From IMG/VR virus record IMGVR_UViG_3300048854_000232, positions 128,618 through 192,617 of that record: DNA of 64,000 nt, one strand, 5' to 3'. Source of the stretch: a virus. A program made the translations under genes and the position numbers. The notes under the pieces are model-generated. The model did no database searches, was not told the DNA's origin, and saw nothing but the letters and a program-made list of their open reading frames with translations. Positions 62,795-64,000 of this stretch are shown piece by piece; within the stretch, counting starts at the first letter, position 1; every line of letters begins with the position of its first letter.

Positions 62795-63715
62795 ATGAAG
62801 CGTATCAGCATTCTGAGCTTTATCTTGGGCGTTGTTCTCACCGCCGGTGCGTGCAGCATCCACGCGCAGTCCGCTCCGCAGTCCAAGTCCGCTGGTCTGG
62901 GCGTCAGCCTGACGATCGTGCGTGACGATGCACCGGCTGCGGCTTCCACTGCGCCGACCCCGGCCAACGTGCGTCAGAAGGCGCTGAAGAAAGCCACCGT
63001 CAAGCCGAGCTCCACCGGCACCTCGACGATGGCCACCAGCAGCAGCGCGAGCTTCTCGGTCGATACCGAGGACAACGGCGGTTGGAAGTCGGTCAGCCCG
63101 ACCACCGAAAAGAAGACGGCGAACGGCCATACGTTCTATCGTGGTGTGGGTGAAGGTACGTCCAGCTCCGATGCCCATGCGGATGGGTCCAACGCCGACG
63201 CTCACAGCGTGAGCAGTGGCGTCAGCACGGCGGTCAATCAATACAACCCCGCTGTTGACTACAAGGTCGATCGTCAGGTCAAGGGCGTGAAGCTGGTAAA
63301 CAGCAGCAATAATTTCTCGGCCAGCTACCCGCACAACTTCAGCGCGCGCGACAGCAACGCTCGTTGTGCTGGTGAAGGTCTGGACGGCGTGTCCGCGTAC
63401 TGTGGCCCGATGAGCGTGAAGACCCAGGAGATGGTCAATGCCGTGGGCCGGACGGCCTACGAGACCATGCTGAACGGTAAGAAGAAGCTTTCCGCTGCGG
63501 ACCGTGACCTGGTGTTTCGCATGATGCAGCGTCAGTACCTGGCCTCGTATGCGGAGGAGCATCATTACATCTTCCGCCTGACGGTCAAGGACCCGGCCGG
63601 CATGCCGATGCTCGTGGCCACGTACACCAACATGAACGATTGCATTGACCTGGGTAACGCCGCCGTGCAGTCGAAGGCTTTCGAGAACTTCGCGTGCCAG
63701 AAAGTCGAGATCTAA
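62795..63715 (+). CDS. Exported protein with a signal peptide
   Basis: AAGGA SD. MKRISILSFILGVVLTAGACSIHA signal, Ser/Thr/Ala linker, Cys pairs. Confidence 0.78.
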   Translation: MKRISILSFILGVVLTAGACSIHAQSAPQSKSAGLGVSLTIVRDDAPAAASTAPTPANVRQKALKKATVKPSSTGTSTMATSSSASFSVDTEDNGGWKSVSPTTEKKTANGHTFYRGVGEGTSSSDAHADGSNADAHSVSSGVSTAVNQYNPAVDYKVDRQVKGVKLVNSSNNFSASYPHNFSARDSNARCAGEGLDGVSAYCGPMSVKTQEMVNAVGRTAYETMLNGKKKLSAADRDLVFRMMQRQYLASYAEEHHYIFRLTVKDPAGMPMLVATYTNMNDCIDLGNAAVQSKAFENFACQKVEI

Positions 63716-63755
63716 GTTCAACCTAACACCCCTCCACGGAATCAAGGAATTGATC

Positions 63756-64000
63756 ATGAAGTTCGTTACTCGTTTTGCCGTCAAGTGTGTTTTGGCTCTG
63801 ACGGTTTCTGCTTTGGTCGGCTCGGTGGTCCCGGCCCATGCCGCTGCCGCGCTCAAGCCGATCGTTGGCCATCCGGCCACGCTGTGGATCACCAAGATGC
63901 CCCATCTCAGCTCCGATGGTGAACTCATCAAAACCGAGAGCGCTCTGGCCGAGGTCCTGACGATGGAAGAGTGCATGCGTTCGGCCGACCAGGTCAACGA
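63756..64000 (+). CDS. Exported protein, truncated by the window end
   Basis: AAGGA SD. MKFVTRFAVKCVLALTVSALVGSVVPAHA signal peptide. Frame is open to the end. Confidence 0.65.
   Translation, partial: MKFVTRFAVKCVLALTVSALVGSVVPAHAAAALKPIVGHPATLWITKMPHLSSDGELIKTESALAEVLTMEECMRSADQVN

Overview
The window is a high-GC segment of a phiKZ-like (Chimalliviridae-type, probably nucleus-forming) jumbo phage genome. I assigned phiKZ gene numbers from remembered motifs and gene order, not from a database search. 1-10.8 kb: the non-virion RNA polymerase block (gp68-like, gp69/PicA-Imp1-like, gp70-like, split beta and beta' subunits, SF2 helicase). 12.8-26 kb: the exonuclease half of a split family-B DNA polymerase, head proteins, the virion RNAP beta' C-terminal subunit with two GIY-YIG endonucleases, and a macrodomain protein. 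26-49.5 kb: a virion structural block with S-x-E-rich head-protein paralogues. 49.6-64 kb: an accessory and nucleotide-metabolism region (BTLCP protease, tmk, histidine phosphatase, DHH phosphoesterase, SLOG protein, thyA plus HNH). Best candidates for novelty: (1) a 926-aa head protein that looks like a protease-processed polyprotein, with a SMI1/KNR4 (SUKH) immunity domain and a DUF2945-like domain each bounded by S-x-E sites; (2) two tandem, divergent Tad1-like signal sponges next to it; (3) a T8 slippery site predicting a -1 frameshift in the gp77-like gene; (4) a BTLCP/LapG-like protease split into a lipopeptide and a catalytic ORF; (5) an FG/YG-rich tail on the gene next to the nuclear-import factor; (6) a family of GCATA-hairpin-TATGCC intergenic elements. 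I saw no tRNA, rRNA or CRISPR array.
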